Positions 62,529 through 64,000 of a stretch of DNA of 64,000 bases are shown here, piece after piece. This stretch comes from Octopus sinensis (taxonomy: Eukaryota): the NCBI RefSeq assembly GCF_006345805.1, contig NC_043009.1, positions 16,802,001 through 16,866,000 of the forward strand, given 5' to 3'. Within the stretch, counting starts at the first letter, position 1; each line of letters opens with the position of its first letter. The notes below the pieces were generated by a model that saw only the letters and a program-made list of their open reading frames with translations, was not told the DNA's origin and searched no databases. The translations under genes and the position numbers were made by a program.

Positions 62529-62901
62529 TCCAATACAATAGTTTCATTCAAAGGTTGCCATAGAGAGTGGCTTGTCTTCCAGAGCGAGGCTTGTTAGACA
62601 TGTCACAATCGCCATCTTTAAACCTTTTAAACCACAGCTAATATATACGAGCTTTCGCTGTCTCCAGATACACTTCACAGTAAGTATTGGTAACTATGCT
62701 GTTTCATAAAGTTCATATCCTCCATGGGCTTAATTACTGAAATACCTATGAATGGCACACTGCTGGATAGAAGAGATGATATACCTTTTGTAGACAGTTC
62801 CCACCCATTCAACCTTGGCTCTGATGTGATTGGTTGATTCATATTTCATAGTGGTGAAAAAACACAATTACTTTCTGAACACCCAAGTATATATATGTAC
62901 G

Positions 62902-62967
<66 letters not shown>

Positions 62968-64000
62968 ATACAGGTAATATGTGTGTGTGTGTGTGTGTGA
63001 ATACATATACATGTGTAGATATGAGTGTGTGTGTATACATTTATGTATATATATTCTTTTATCCTTTTGTTTCAATCATTTGACTGTAGCCATGCTGGAG
63101 CACTCCCTTGAAGGGTTTTAGTCAAAGAAAGCAGCCCCAGAACTTTTTTTTTAAGACTTGTACTTATTCCATAGATCTCTTTTGCCAAACCACTAAGTTA
63201 CAGGAACTGGTCTCAAGCAATGATGAGAGACAACTACAGATACAAAGACACTCACACATAAATATATTCATATGGTTATGATTAATCAAATAATTTAATT
63301 TGCTATGAGAAATTAGTCAACTTTTGAATCCACAAATCCACCACTCTTGTCTATCTCCATCAGACTCGGTCTCTTTTATGCCTTTCCTCTCTCTATATAC
63401 ATTTACCACACTCTTTATCACTCTCTGTTTGTGTATGTATATCTCTTGTGCATGCTGCTCCCCACTTTCTCTCTTGATATGACGTACTTGCATTCATTTT
63501 GTTATTGTAATGTTTGCTTTCATTTTATGATGGACAGCTCTCTTGTAAAACATTCTAGCTTCCAAATCCTGTTTTTTCGGTTGGGTAAAAATGATCAAAC
63601 TTTAAACCTTTGTATTGTTTATGAATTTGTTTTGCAAGATTCCTGAGGTGAAATTGTGTTGTGAAATAGACGTTGCTATATTTTGGGACGGTCATTTTTT
63701 TTTTCCTACCAAATAAACACCTGCACTATATATTCACACTTCACTCATTTATTATTGTTAATTTATCTTATGTCCATTGTCTGGAAATCTTTATGTCTAG
63801 AAAGACAGAATGGATTAAACAGAACGGGAGGACACACATAGGATGGAAGAGTCACTGAAGAGGTCACAGGTGTGTGATAAAAGATTTCTAGACAATGCAC
63901 GTAAGATAAAATAAGAACAATAATAAATGAATGAAGAACAAATATATAGTGTATTTGTTTATTTAGCAAGAAAAATAATCGACCATTCCCGAAATATAAC

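Larger units (their letters stand above)
62040..62887 (-). mobile_element. mariner (cecropia/Hsmar1-like) N-terminal remnant split by an insertion
   Basis: TIR-like ttgggtgttcagaaagtaattgtg next to TA; WFKRFKDGDCDMSNKPRSGR, then LNETIVLD|PHQNTRD, then GIWVP. Confidence 0.75.

Overview
This is AT-rich eukaryotic genomic DNA. The repeat families suggest an octopus (coleoid cephalopod), which is an inference. The whole window lies inside one plus-strand gene, an ATP10-like (class V) P4-ATPase phospholipid flippase. I assembled 17 internal GT-AG exons (696..60465; 2,473 nt; about 824 codons) with consistent phases and no stops, running from the A-domain through TM3-TM4, DKTGT, the N-domain, TGDKQ and GDGAND to the start of TM5. 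The start codon and TM1-2 lie upstream of the window, and I found no TM6-10 exons in it. The introns are packed with decayed mobile DNA: a Chapaev3/CMC transposon with both ends, a piggyBac remnant, four Tc1/mariner relics plus MITEs, four Helitrons, RTE LINEs of several lineages, Penelope fragments, tRNA-derived SINEs and long TA/CA microsatellites. Most ORFs in the supplied track are microsatellite or repeat artefacts. The most notable observations are: (1) a 12-bp-TSD-flanked inverted Penelope-type insertion carrying a minimal hammerhead ribozyme fold with a swapped G3-C8 core, plus a second hammerhead-bearing repeat family; (2) non-canonical motifs in an otherwise intact flippase (TM4 PLPL for PISL, DGEN for DGET); (3) an RTE copy that retains a structured 5' UTR. 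All alignments, translations and folds were done by eye, and no database search was run.
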